DNA of 37,040 nucleotides from a virus (taxonomy: Duplodnaviria > Caudoviricetes): positions 1 to 37,040 of the IMG/VR virus record IMGVR_UViG_3300032373_000055. One strand, written 5' to 3'. Below, piece after piece: positions 25,323 through 35,365 of this stretch. A program made the position numbers and the translations under genes. Below the pieces are notes generated by a model that saw only the letters and a program-made list of their open reading frames with translations, was not told the DNA's origin and did no database searches. Every line of letters begins with the position of its first letter. Position 1 is the first letter of the stretch.

Positions 25323-25870
25323 TTAAAATTATCACTCAGCAGCACGGCAGCCTTGACGGCCTGTCGCGCGGTGTATTACGTGCCGCGCGAAACGGCATGA
25401 ACCGCTCCATAACAGTCGGTAAGCGCCATACGGCGGCAGAGATAGCGACAGGTACCGGCTTAAAGAAAAAGCAGGTGAGAGGCGCGCTAGCGAGCAAGCG
25501 CGCAGGGTCACGCAATCCCGCCGCTCGCCTGGTGGCATCGTCGCGCGGCTTGCCCGCAACCGATTATCCGGTAAGGGTTCAGCGTGTCGGTTACGGTAAA
25601 AACGCAACGCGGGGCCGTATTGTCTTGCCCTGGTTTGGACGCGAAAAAGTGGCGGCTGGTTTTATTAATCCGCTGGGGAAAAAGGGCGCGCCGCTTCGCA
25701 CGCGCAGCCATAAAGGTAAATTTACAAGACCACGGCCAGCGGTTGGCCCGTCCGTTGCGGCGGCGTTCACGGCAATGTCAAAAAGTCGCGTCACGAAGGT
25801 GACGCGTGATGCGACGGTTGAAAATATAAAAGCCGATTTAAAAAAGTTAGCAGCTAAAGGGTTGAAGTGA
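25319..25870 (+). CDS. Basic neck/tail-completion protein (lambda gpZ-like)
   Basis: Arg/Lys-rich, GPSV motif, synteny. Confidence 0.75.
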   Translation: MIKIITQQHGSLDGLSRGVLRAARNGMNRSITVGKRHTAAEIATGTGLKKKQVRGALASKRAGSRNPAARLVASSRGLPATDYPVRVQRVGYGKNATRGRIVLPWFGREKVAAGFINPLGKKGAPLRTRSHKGKFTRPRPAVGPSVAAAFTAMSKSRVTKVTRDATVENIKADLKKLAAKGLK

Positions 25871-26271
25871 GAATTACGCCAATCATTAATCGCATTAGAG
25901 AACAATGCCCGCTTTATGTGGCGGTGAATTTTCCTGATTCGTTGCTGCCCATTGATGAGATAGCCGATATCCCGGCGGCTTTTGTCTTTTGGGTTGAAGA
26001 GAAAAGTAGAACGCGCGATGTGGTTGTGACCGCTCAAAAACGCACTTATACCTTTCAGGTGATGACGGTCGGCCCGATGCCTAACCTTGAGCTAGATACC
26101 GACCTGCTAGACGATGCGCGCAACCAGTTAACCGCTGCATTGCTAGGCTTTTCACTTCCAGGCTTCGAGCCTATTACGCACGCGGATGCAGTCGTGGAAG
26201 AGATCAAGGGCGGCAAAGTTCAGGTAAAAGATTTTTTCGAGATAACAAAACAATTCCGCTCAACTAACTAG
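25867..26271 (+). CDS. Tail terminator protein
   Basis: II.RIR..CP, PAAFV, ALLGF..P...PI; synteny. Confidence 0.8.
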   Translation: MRITPIINRIREQCPLYVAVNFPDSLLPIDEIADIPAAFVFWVEEKSRTRDVVVTAQKRTYTFQVMTVGPMPNLELDTDLLDDARNQLTAALLGFSLPGFEPITHADAVVEEIKGGKVQVKDFFEITKQFRSTN

Positions 26272-26281
26272 GGGCAATTCA

Positions 26282-26437
26282 ATGGCGCAAGATAAATATG
26301 CCGGACAAGGTGGTAGGTACATTGTTGACCCGAAAACGGGTGAACGAACAAAAGTGGTAGAAGAGACCGCGCCGCCATTGGCAGCGCCTAACGTTGAAGT
26401 TAACGACGCTGAAGAGGTGACTGATGAACAATCGTAA
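26282..26437 (+). CDS. 51-aa protein preceding tail tube (below ORF-track cutoff)
   Basis: MAQDKYAGQGGRYIVDPKTGERTK...; AGGGG RBS. Confidence 0.7.
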   Translation: MAQDKYAGQGGRYIVDPKTGERTKVVEETAPPLAAPNVEVNDAEEVTDEQS

Positions 26438-27353
26438 ACGTATGCTTTTGGCAGTAATTCAGCCAACGCCGGGCCTTGATCCGGTGCCGGTGGTGGGTAC
26501 CGATGCGGTGCTATGTGGTGAAATTGAGATTACGCCGATGGCAGCGGACTATCAGGAACGTAACATTGTGCGCCCTAGCTTTGGTTCAGTGCAGAAGATT
26601 CCAACGGGCATTCATGTGACGCTTGATTTTCAGGTGGAGCTTGCGGGCATGATGGGCCTTGGTGTGCCCACGCCGGGGCTTGATGCGTTGTTGCGTTGTT
26701 GTGCGGCATCACAAAATGTTGTGCCGGTAACGAGCACCGAATATCTGCCGGTAGATAGCGCTTATGAGCTAGCGACGCTTTATTTTAGCATTGATAATGT
26801 GTTGCATAGATTGACAGATGCGCGCGGTAATGCGGTGCTGTCGCTAAGTGCAAATAAATTGCCGTCAATTAAGTTTTCAATCGTGGGATTGTTTAACCCT
26901 GTTGTCGATATTGTGCCGGGTGTGCCTGATTACAGTAATTTTCAATTGCCGGTTGAGGTGAACAGCACCAATACCACCGCTATCTCATTGCATGGTTTTA
27001 GCACGGGCGTGCTGGCCTCGCTTGAGATCGATCTAGGTACGCAGGTGAAGTACCGTGATTTCCCTGGTGGCACTAAAGAGATCCGCGTGCAGGATCGTCA
27101 ATCGACCGGCTCTATCTCATTAGAAGCAACAGACATGGCAACTAGAGACTGGTTTACCACGATTCAAGATTCAACCCTTGGCCCGCTGAGCATCACGCAT
27201 GGCCCGGCGGGTAATCGGGTTATTTTGGCGGCTCCAAGCGTTCAATTGACAGAGCCAAAATATGGCGATTCAGACGGTATCACAACAATTGATATGAATT
27301 TGACCTTGCTGCCGGTTGCGGGGAACGACGAATGGAGCATGATGTTTCTCTAG
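26424..27353 (+). CDS. Major tail tube protein
   Basis: Beta-rich 309 aa before the chaperones; GAGGTG RBS; no sheath gene present. Confidence 0.85.
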   Translation: MNNRKRMLLAVIQPTPGLDPVPVVGTDAVLCGEIEITPMAADYQERNIVRPSFGSVQKIPTGIHVTLDFQVELAGMMGLGVPTPGLDALLRCCAASQNVVPVTSTEYLPVDSAYELATLYFSIDNVLHRLTDARGNAVLSLSANKLPSIKFSIVGLFNPVVDIVPGVPDYSNFQLPVEVNSTNTTAISLHGFSTGVLASLEIDLGTQVKYRDFPGGTKEIRVQDRQSTGSISLEATDMATRDWFTTIQDSTLGPLSITHGPAGNRVILAAPSVQLTEPKYGDSDGITTIDMNLTLLPVAGNDEWSMMFL

Positions 27354-27391
27354 CGGGTGGCGTTTCATAATGACTAAAAAGAGGAAATAAA

Positions 27392-27766
27392 ATGTTTAAA
27401 GTTGATTTGTCGGCCACTTATCTTTGGCCCGTAAAAGTGCGCGTCCCTGGTGAGAAAAAAGGCAAGTTTGAAACGTTCTCGTTCTTTGCTGAGTTCAAGC
27501 GAGTTGATCAAGATCGTATCAAGCAAATGCTTCAGGAACTCAGGGCACAGGGTGACGCACCTGAAGGCTCTGTTGAATTAACGGATCGTCGTTTACTGGA
27601 TGAGGTGCTAGTGGGCTGGAAAGATGTGACCGATGCGAGCGGTAAACCGCTTGAGTTTAATGATGAAACGCTTGACGCGGTGTTGGCTGTTGGAGGCATG
27701 GAAGGCGCGTTTGTGGCTTCGTGGTTTGATGCAATCAATGGTTCGGGCGCTATCCTAAAAAACTAA
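27392..27766 (+). CDS. Tail assembly chaperone (gpG-like)
   Basis: VLVGW..V.D..G..LEF; ends KN-stop at slippery site. Confidence 0.88.
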   Translation: MFKVDLSATYLWPVKVRVPGEKKGKFETFSFFAEFKRVDQDRIKQMLQELRAQGDAPEGSVELTDRRLLDEVLVGWKDVTDASGKPLEFNDETLDAVLAVGGMEGAFVASWFDAINGSGAILKN

Positions 27767-27799
27767 AAGAGGCCGCCCGGCATTGGGCGCTGGGCGGTC
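27757..27799 (+). other. Programmed -1 ribosomal frameshift signal
   Basis: A AAA AAC at 27757-27763; stem GGCCGCCCGG/CTGGGCGGTC 7 nt downstream; -1 frame open to 28125. Confidence 0.85.
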
Positions 27800-28125
27800 A
27801 TGATAATTCAAAGCTTCAATCAGACCTTGCGGCGTTCGGTGTGGATGAATCCGCAAGTGATGCGTTTCTTGAGAAACAAAAAACCAATGACTTTTCTGTG
27901 TGGCCTGAAAACTGGCCAGCGGTGCGCGCGTTTCTGTCGTGCGCCACTCAGTGGCGTGAGGTGGTAATGCCTTGCGATAAAGGTATGACCACCGTGAAGC
28001 GTGGCTTGCGTTATGAGGCGTTAGAAAGCGCCTTGAATATGTGGGGTGTTAAGCGGCGGGATCGTGCGGAAATCTTCGAGGGTGTCAGGGTAATGGAGCA
28101 GGCAGCGCTAGAGGCGTGGGCCTAG
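27763..28125 (+). CDS. gpT-like frameshift extension (DUF1799-like)
   Basis: VWPENW.AV..F....TQWR...GL.Y......VME..AL. Confidence 0.85.
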   Translation, partial: LKEAARHWALGGHDNSKLQSDLAAFGVDESASDAFLEKQKTNDFSVWPENWPAVRAFLSCATQWREVVMPCDKGMTTVKRGLRYEALESALNMWGVKRRDRAEIFEGVRVMEQAALEAWA

Positions 28126-28272
28126 TTAGCTAAAAGCCCAGCCAATCAGGCTGGCAGCCCAGAGTAGCAGGGCAATCAAGGTAATCACAAAGAAAAAAGG
28201 CGTCACAGCAAAGCCAGCGATTCCGCTGGCTACGGCTGCGGCTACGTGTGTCATTGGGTGCGATAGGTTCAT
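28126..28272 (-). CDS. Antisense 48-aa hydrophobic membrane peptide (below ORF-track cutoff)
   Basis: MNLSHPMTHVAAAVASGIAGFAVTPFFFVITLIALLLWAASLIGWAFS; fills the gap between gpT and the tape measure gene. Confidence 0.5.
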   Translation of the reverse strand: MNLSHPMTHVAAAVASGIAGFAVTPFFFVITLIALLLWAASLIGWAFS

Positions 28273-28275
28273 TTT

Positions 28276-30885
28276 ATGTCCGAAGAGCAAGTTGGAATAC
28301 GCATAAGTCTAACCGGCGACGGTTCAGGCGTCAAAGCCGTGGTGCAAGGTGCGCGGCGTGATTTTGATTCCCTGGCGAAATCCGGCGTGCGTTCAGGCCA
28401 ACAAATTCATCGCCAGTTTGGCAATACGCGTGCGGGCCTTCAGTCGGTTAGTCAGCAGTTACAGCGCAGCAGGCAAGAACTGATTGCGTTTTTCTCGGTG
28501 CGCTATGCAGCGGGTCAGGCGCGTGCGTTGATTGATATAGCGGATGCCGCAAAGACCATCGATGCGCGTTTAAAGCTGGCAACAAAAACCAGCCAGGAAT
28601 ATGAGACGGCAAGCCGGGCTGTATTTGAAATATCAAAACGCTCACGTACTGGCATTCAAAGTACAGCTAATTTATACGCTAAATTAGCAGTGTCTATGCG
28701 GCAAATGGGCGCTAGTCAAACGCAGGTATTGGGCATCACTGAGTCCGTCACTCAGGCGATAAAGCTTAGCGGTGTTTCTACAATGGCAGCGGATGCGGCG
28801 GTCACGCAGTTCACTCAGGCAATGGCGTCCGGCGTGCTGCGGGGTGATGAGTTCAGATCGATCATGGAGCAAGCACCTCGCTTGATGGCGGCGCTCTCTG
28901 ATGGGTTGGGTGTTGCTCAAGGTGAATTACGTGGGCTTGCTGAGCAAGGGAAGTTGACTGCTGATGTGGTGATTAATGCGCTGAGTTCTCAAAGTGAGAA
29001 GCTAACGCAGGAATTCACGCAGCTTCCATTAACGGTCGGCGGTGCGCTAACCCAAATGCACACTGATCTGGTGCAAAACGTGGCCAGCCTGGATGCTGCG
29101 ACGGGTTCAAGTGCTGCCCTTGCTGATGGCATTCAGTGGGCTACGCAAAATATGGATCTGTTAGCCGGTGTCGTGGTGACTGTGAGTGCTGCCGTTGCCG
29201 GTAAATATGCCTACTCGATTGGTCTGGCGACGGCTGCGCAGGTCAAGCATGTGGCGGCTGTTCGATTGGCGGCGGCGGTTAAGCTTGAAAGTATGCAGAT
29301 TGAAGCAGCGGTTGCGGCGCGCCACTTACAGACCGCGCAGGCGCTCGCTGCTGAAACGCGTGGTTTCGCCAAATTAACAGCGGTTGAAAAGGTATGGGCG
29401 GCGCAGCGGCGGAATAACATGGCAGCTGAAGCGCTGGCGACTGCATCGACCGCACGCAAGGCGGCGGGGTTGGGTCGTCTGGCTGGTTTGTTGGCGATGG
29501 TCGGCGGCCCTGCTGGCTTGCTGGTTGGCGGCGCAACGGCATTAGCGCTCTGGAGTTTCAGCGCCGATTCGGCCGCTGAAAAAACAGGTGATTTAGCCGG
29601 TGAAACCAATGAACTCGCTAAGGCAATGGGGAATGTTCAGAGTGATGGTATTAGTCGCCAGGTGGAAAGCACTACCGCTGCTATCGCTAGTGCCGGTCAA
29701 AAAATAGACTGGTATCGCCAGCGTATCGAATTGATTCAAAAAAACGGTGGTAATCGTGCCGGTGTTGAGCATTTCCAGAATCAGATTGAACTGCAAAAAC
29801 AGGAAATCAGCAGTCTTAATCAGCAGCTGGATCAGTTAGCGGAAACCCGAAAACGGATTGACGGGATATCGGAAAGCGCAGGGAAGAAAAAAGGGCCGAA
29901 AGAGAAAAAGATTGATCTAAGTCAAACGTTGGCGGCGCTGGAATCACAACGCAAATCACTAGGTATGTCCCGCGCAGAATTAACCGTATATAACGCCGCT
30001 GTTGCCGTGGCGGGCGCTGAAAACAAAACGCTGGCGCTTGAGGTGTTGAGCAGCGCACAGGCGCTAGCAGCGGCACAGGAAAAGCTTGATAGTGAACAGC
30101 GCCTTGAACGTCAAAAACAGATATCCGCACAACGCTATGCGGGTGTAGTTCAATCGCTCTTCACTGAAGAGCAGGCATTAGCTGATTCATATCAGCGCCA
30201 GGCTGAAATTACGGTGTTGGCGCACGATGACAAGCTTATCTCTGAAACGCAGATGTACGAGCGTCTATTGCAGCTTGAGGGTTGGTACCAAAAGGAAAGT
30301 AGCCGCATTCAGCAGCAGGGCATGAATGCAGACCAAAAGCTTTGGGCTAGTGGCTGGAAAGGCAAAGCGCAAGTGCTGTCGCAGTCTATGGGGCAGGTGT
30401 CGCAGCTGATGATGGCTGGTAGTAAAAGGCAGTTTGAAATAGGAAAAAAACTTGCGCGGGCTAGTATCGGGGCAAGTACGGCGGCGGCCGTTATGAGTGC
30501 ATTAGAGGTGAAGCCTTATCCCTTGGGCGCGGCGTTGGCAATTGGTGCGGCTGCTAAGGGTGCGTTGCAGTTGCGTAACCTTAATTCCACAACGTTTGGC
30601 GGTGGCGCTGCGGTTAATGCGGGCGTGGCTAGCGCCGCATCCGCGCCGATACCTGTTTTCTCTGCGAGTCCGGCCACGGGCGCGCCGCTGCATTCGGGTG
30701 AGTCTGAATCGACTAGACGGCAGTTTCAAATAAACATGTATGGCGATCAGTATGGTGTCGATGATTTGCGCGCCATGATGGCGGATGTGTTGAAAGTGGG
30801 TATTGATGAGTTTGACATGGAAATCATTTCGCGTGATTCGCGGCAAATGGAAACGATCGTTTCAGCGGTAAATAGGGCGGCATAA
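28276..30885 (+). CDS. Tape measure protein
   Basis: QFTQAMASGVLRGDEFRSIMEQAP motif; Ala-rich helical 869 aa. Confidence 0.95.
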   Translation: MSEEQVGIRISLTGDGSGVKAVVQGARRDFDSLAKSGVRSGQQIHRQFGNTRAGLQSVSQQLQRSRQELIAFFSVRYAAGQARALIDIADAAKTIDARLKLATKTSQEYETASRAVFEISKRSRTGIQSTANLYAKLAVSMRQMGASQTQVLGITESVTQAIKLSGVSTMAADAAVTQFTQAMASGVLRGDEFRSIMEQAPRLMAALSDGLGVAQGELRGLAEQGKLTADVVINALSSQSEKLTQEFTQLPLTVGGALTQMHTDLVQNVASLDAATGSSAALADGIQWATQNMDLLAGVVVTVSAAVAGKYAYSIGLATAAQVKHVAAVRLAAAVKLESMQIEAAVAARHLQTAQALAAETRGFAKLTAVEKVWAAQRRNNMAAEALATASTARKAAGLGRLAGLLAMVGGPAGLLVGGATALALWSFSADSAAEKTGDLAGETNELAKAMGNVQSDGISRQVESTTAAIASAGQKIDWYRQRIELIQKNGGNRAGVEHFQNQIELQKQEISSLNQQLDQLAETRKRIDGISESAGKKKGPKEKKIDLSQTLAALESQRKSLGMSRAELTVYNAAVAVAGAENKTLALEVLSSAQALAAAQEKLDSEQRLERQKQISAQRYAGVVQSLFTEEQALADSYQRQAEITVLAHDDKLISETQMYERLLQLEGWYQKESSRIQQQGMNADQKLWASGWKGKAQVLSQSMGQVSQLMMAGSKRQFEIGKKLARASIGASTAAAVMSALEVKPYPLGAALAIGAAAKGALQLRNLNSTTFGGGAAVNAGVASAASAPIPVFSASPATGAPLHSGESESTRRQFQINMYGDQYGVDDLRAMMADVLKVGIDEFDMEIISRDSRQMETIVSAVNRAA

Positions 30886-31523
30886 TGAGAATTAGTTATC
30901 AGGCTAAGCGCGGAATCGTAAAGGTGCCGTTTGCCGTTTCGAGTGTGGATATATCGGCGGCGGTTGTGGATGGTTCATTCAATAGTGCGTCGGTGGATCT
31001 GTCTGGGTTAGTTGATGGTAATTATGTTGAGGTTGCTGGTTTTAGTGCGGCCGCGCTTAATGGTTGGCATTTGGTATCCGGTGCCTCTGTGGCTAATAAA
31101 ATAACCACATCTTCAGTGTTAGTAGATGAGGCGGTTGGCGCGTCCGTAACTATTCAGGGTTATGAGCATGGTTATGGAACGTCGTATGCTTTAGAGCAAA
31201 TTCACACGGGCGATGCGCGTTTTGAGTTGGGCGTAATTAAAGAACAGGTCAGGGCACGGACCGGTTATGCCGAAACTTTATTAAAACGCATCGATAAGAC
31301 CTGGACAGTCACTACTGACTGGATTGCGCAGGCGGATATCGTGTATTGGAGCGAGTGGATAATGTCGGTCGCGGCGGGTGAGTTTTTCACTGTCGATCCA
31401 TATGGCACTGCGGCAGCGCCAGATAATCCCGTGTTAGTTGAGTTATTAAAAAGCAACTTTCCATTCGCGCGCGTTGGCACGCTTTCTGAATTCAAACTAT
31501 CGTTTACCGTCCGTGAAATCTGA
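30885..31523 (+). CDS. Distal tail-like protein with inserted beta domain
   Basis: Directly after tape measure; function from synteny. Confidence 0.65.
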   Translation: MRISYQAKRGIVKVPFAVSSVDISAAVVDGSFNSASVDLSGLVDGNYVEVAGFSAAALNGWHLVSGASVANKITTSSVLVDEAVGASVTIQGYEHGYGTSYALEQIHTGDARFELGVIKEQVRARTGYAETLLKRIDKTWTVTTDWIAQADIVYWSEWIMSVAAGEFFTVDPYGTAAAPDNPVLVELLKSNFPFARVGTLSEFKLSFTVREI

Positions 31524-34500
31524 ATCTTCCACATATGCTGTTAAAAACAGCGATCAATCGAAAGAGCCGTTTGATGTTATTACGGTTGCCTTTGATGATG
31601 CAGAAACAGACCTGTTATATTTAACGAGTCATCCTGATGTGCCTGTGCCGTTTGGTGTTAACGTTATCCATGGCGTTATCGGCTCTATAGGGGCTATTAG
31701 TCAAACGCTAAATCCAGATAAGGCGCTTGCTGAAATCGGGTCTATTGACGCGGTGATTGTTGATAGAGGCGAGGCGTTTACTGATTATTTGCGCGTTAAA
31801 GATCAGTTGGGCTATAGCTTGCATGATAAAACGCTAAGGCATTACGCGGGTTTTCGTGGTATTCCGTTTGCTGATTTTTCAGCCTGGCAATCTCAAAAAA
31901 TTAAGCGCCTTTCATTCAATCCCAATGGTAGTTATCGAGTTGGCTGCGCGGATATTCAGCGCGCAATGCGAGATACAATATTTGAGCCAGTTAAAACAAA
32001 TTTGCTGGCGACAATTTCAGCCACGGCCACTGTTATTCCGGCTGCGATTACTGAGAAATTCCTCACGGTCGAGCATGGCGCGAGTTATTCAGACGCGCCG
32101 AATCAAACCGTGCTTTATATCAAAATTAATGATGAGGTCATTCGGGGTCAGAAAAATGATATCACCAATGAATTTATAAATTGTGTTCGCGGTGCAATGG
32201 GTACACGAGCTGCTGTACATGAAGTTGATCAAACGAAAAGCATCGAGCGCAGACCGGCAATCACTGAGTACATTTACCTTGAAATGCCTGCGTTAAAAAT
32301 CTTATGGGCAGTGTTAACGAATGAACTTTACGGTCAAGGTGGGGCGCGCCTGCCGGATCATTGGGGGCGCGGCATTGATCCCGCTTTGCTGGTTCAGTCT
32401 GATTTTATAAACAGCCATCCTGACTGGTGGGATATCGCCGATGATACGCGCGGGTTGATCTTTCGGTTTGATGGATTGACTAAAACAAGCGGAAAGCGTT
32501 TTGTTGAAGAAGAGTTGTGTTTCATTATGGGCGCATATACGCCGATCATTGGCGATGGGCGTTTGGCTTTTAGAAAAATGGCGGCTGTGTTGCCTGATGC
32601 GGCAACGGCGACAACGTTAACGCCAGCGAATATAGTTGATCATAGCGCCCTTGATTTTGATTTTTCATCCATGCATAACAGGGCTGAGGTGCGCTGGAGC
32701 TGGGATGCTGTCAACGAAGAGTATACGCGAAAAACGTTGATGGTTGACTGGGTTAGCGTTGGCAAATTTAAGGCTTCTGAGAAGGCGTACATTATCGAGG
32801 CTCGCGGTCTGCATGCCTCGAGGCTTAGTGATCAGCTTTTGCAATTAAGATTCGATTCGTGGCGAGATCGTTACAGCGTGCCACCTGTGCGCCTTACGCT
32901 CTCGGTGGTGCCATCCAAGAACGGTCTTGAGGTCGGTGACGTTGTTGAGGTTGACCACCCAGGGATTCGTGATTTTACTAATGATACGGTTGGGGTTAAG
33001 CGCGCTTTTGAGATCCAGCGCGTAAGAAAGCATGCAGCAAAAGGGGCGCTTGAGTTAGATTTATTTGGCTCAGGTGGCCCTGCGTCTGTGATGCCTTCGA
33101 CATCGGCTCAGGTGTCATTATCTGATAGTTTTATTACCTCGCGCGGTGTCGATATTGAAACGCCGCTGGTTACAGCGAGTGTTGGCGGTGTGATTACTGT
33201 GACGGCGAATGGCACGCTTGTTGGTGGCAATACGTTTGGCACTGGCATCTTTTTCGTTGCGGGTGATCTGGTGATTCCCGATGGCGTTACGATTACGATT
33301 ACGGGTAATGTTTTATTGTTGGTAATGGGTTTTTTTACGCTGAATGGGAAGATAAACGGCGTCGGTGGTGGGCATAGCGGCGCGTTGGCTGATCAACCTG
33401 GTGTGCCTGGTTTTCTTGGGAATTCGCGCGCCGGTGGCGGTATTGTTTTTTCAACTGGCCCAGGTGTGGGCGATGCGTATGACCCTTTCACAAGCGTGGC
33501 CGCGCCAGTGAATCAGGGCACGAATCCTGGTTCATTGCCGGTTTTGGAATTGGGCTATGACGGCGCGTCATTGAGTGGCATTGAGAAGCTGGACGCCCGT
33601 GGTGGTGGCGGGGGCGGCGGCTATAGCGTAAAAAATGACCAGGGCGCGCTATTAGGCGCTGGTGGCGCAGGCGGCACAGGCGGCGCGGCTTTTGCGGCCT
33701 CCTGTCGGGGCATGGCGTCGGGCGTTAATGGTGAGATTGATACAAGCGGGACACCTGGGGCGCTTGGTACAATTTATAACGTTGAATCGCGGGCTGGTGG
33801 TGGTGCGGGCGGTTTACCGGGTGCATGTTATATATTAATTGATGGCGCTACATTTTCGCTGCCCCTTAATGTGTTAACAGCAATGCGCGGTGCGACACCG
33901 ATCGGTGGTGATCCGCTCCCGTTGGTTGTTTTTAATTTCTATGATCATTATACGGGGCAGGTTAATCCGCCGTATCATAGTTATTACACTGGCACGCCCG
34001 CGCACAACATGTCACAAAGCGCGTGGCGCGTGCAGCGTATTCCTGCGCTAGTATCGTCTGAGCCAGATAAGCCTTCGGGTATCATAGACCCGCCTACCTC
34101 TGTCGTTCCTGCCAGCGGTAACGCACATATAGATACAAATAATGACGGTAGTTTAACCGCGTGGCTTGGTCTAACGTGGACGGCAACCGCTGATATCAGG
34201 GCGGTAGGTTATGAGATACAAATCCGCCGCGTGGGTGATCCAGACTGGTTGCCTGCTGTCTTTTTATTAGAGCGTGCCACTCAATCGGCGCGTCTTGGCC
34301 CCGTGCTTATTGGTGGCACTTACGATATTCGCATGCGCTCACGTGATGATAGCCGCCGCTTTTCCGATTGGGTATTGCCCGCGCCGCATCTTATCCAGGG
34401 GAAAACAACGCCGCCGGGCGATGTGCCGTGGATCGTCGCAATGCAGGCGGGCGATGTGGTGCTATTAAAGTGGGGCTTGATCAGCGATGTTGATCGTGAT

Positions 34501-35364
34501 GGCTACGATGCCCGCTTTGGCCCGCGCGGTAACACGTCATGGGAAGACGCAACGCCGGTCACTAACGACGTTTTATCCCGTGGCACCAACATCACAACAG
34601 CGACCATTCCACCTGGCGATTGGACGGTATTTATAAAGGGCCGTAATCGCAGTGGTGTCCAGTCAATAAATGCTGCTCAGGACAATGTAATCGTCACCTC
34701 GCGCTTTGATGTTGTGCATAAGCAGGCTAGCCATCCTTTTTCAAATGGCACGCTAACGGGCTTTGTGCGTCATTGGACGGGCGTGCTGTTGCCTGATTCA
34801 ACCAGGGCGGCAAGTCTGCATACTCGCGCGGAGTTATTTGAGCAGTTTGTGCCGTATCCGGTCGCTCAGTGCATTTATGAGGCACCTGAAATCGATATCG
34901 ATTTTGATGACACGGTGCGGATCTGGGGCGATATTGACTCGCACCTTGGCCCTGGCGTGGTGGGCGGTGTAGCGAATCCGCAATTTGAAATCGATTTTCG
35001 CACTGAGGCGGACGCATATGATGGTTTTGAGGCGTGGGGCATTGGCAACCGAATTGCGCGGTATGTTAAGCCGCGCATCGTGCTGAATACGTCCGAGGGT
35101 TTAGCTATCGTCACGGGTTTCGTTACTACAGTAGACAATCTTGAAGATGAAATTGAAATGACGGTTGATGTGGCACCGAGCGGCACTGATATCGTTTTTA
35201 GTCGTGCCTGGCACGTCATCCCGCACATAGAGCCACAATACATAGGCCCGAATGACTATCGCCCTGGTATCGACAATATCACCACTACTGGGTGTCGCGT
35301 TTACCTTTGGAATGCGGGCGCTAGTATCGCGGGCACCGTGAAATTAAAAATTAGGAGCGTTTAA
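31513..35364 (+). CDS. Central tail hub/host-specificity protein with Gly-rich and FN3-like regions
   Basis: About 1280 aa; LTW......GYEIQ...YDIRMR....SDW FN3 signature; start uncertain (GTG 31513 or TTG 31474). Confidence 0.85.
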   Translation: MKSESSTYAVKNSDQSKEPFDVITVAFDDAETDLLYLTSHPDVPVPFGVNVIHGVIGSIGAISQTLNPDKALAEIGSIDAVIVDRGEAFTDYLRVKDQLGYSLHDKTLRHYAGFRGIPFADFSAWQSQKIKRLSFNPNGSYRVGCADIQRAMRDTIFEPVKTNLLATISATATVIPAAITEKFLTVEHGASYSDAPNQTVLYIKINDEVIRGQKNDITNEFINCVRGAMGTRAAVHEVDQTKSIERRPAITEYIYLEMPALKILWAVLTNELYGQGGARLPDHWGRGIDPALLVQSDFINSHPDWWDIADDTRGLIFRFDGLTKTSGKRFVEEELCFIMGAYTPIIGDGRLAFRKMAAVLPDAATATTLTPANIVDHSALDFDFSSMHNRAEVRWSWDAVNEEYTRKTLMVDWVSVGKFKASEKAYIIEARGLHASRLSDQLLQLRFDSWRDRYSVPPVRLTLSVVPSKNGLEVGDVVEVDHPGIRDFTNDTVGVKRAFEIQRVRKHAAKGALELDLFGSGGPASVMPSTSAQVSLSDSFITSRGVDIETPLVTASVGGVITVTANGTLVGGNTFGTGIFFVAGDLVIPDGVTITITGNVLLLVMGFFTLNGKINGVGGGHSGALADQPGVPGFLGNSRAGGGIVFSTGPGVGDAYDPFTSVAAPVNQGTNPGSLPVLELGYDGASLSGIEKLDARGGGGGGGYSVKNDQGALLGAGGAGGTGGAAFAASCRGMASGVNGEIDTSGTPGALGTIYNVESRAGGGAGGLPGACYILIDGATFSLPLNVLTAMRGATPIGGDPLPLVVFNFYDHYTGQVNPPYHSYYTGTPAHNMSQSAWRVQRIPALVSSEPDKPSGIIDPPTSVVPASGNAHIDTNNDGSLTAWLGLTWTATADIRAVGYEIQIRRVGDPDWLPAVFLLERATQSARLGPVLIGGTYDIRMRSRDDSRRFSDWVLPAPHLIQGKTTPPGDVPWIVAMQAGDVVLLKWGLISDVDRDGYDARFGPRGNTSWEDATPVTNDVLSRGTNITTATIPPGDWTVFIKGRNRSGVQSINAAQDNVIVTSRFDVVHKQASHPFSNGTLTGFVRHWTGVLLPDSTRAASLHTRAELFEQFVPYPVAQCIYEAPEIDIDFDDTVRIWGDIDSHLGPGVVGGVANPQFEIDFRTEADAYDGFEAWGIGNRIARYVKPRIVLNTSEGLAIVTGFVTTVDNLEDEIEMTVDVAPSGTDIVFSRAWHVIPHIEPQYIGPNDYRPGIDNITTTGCRVYLWNAGASIAGTVKLKIRSV

Positions 35365-35365
35365 G

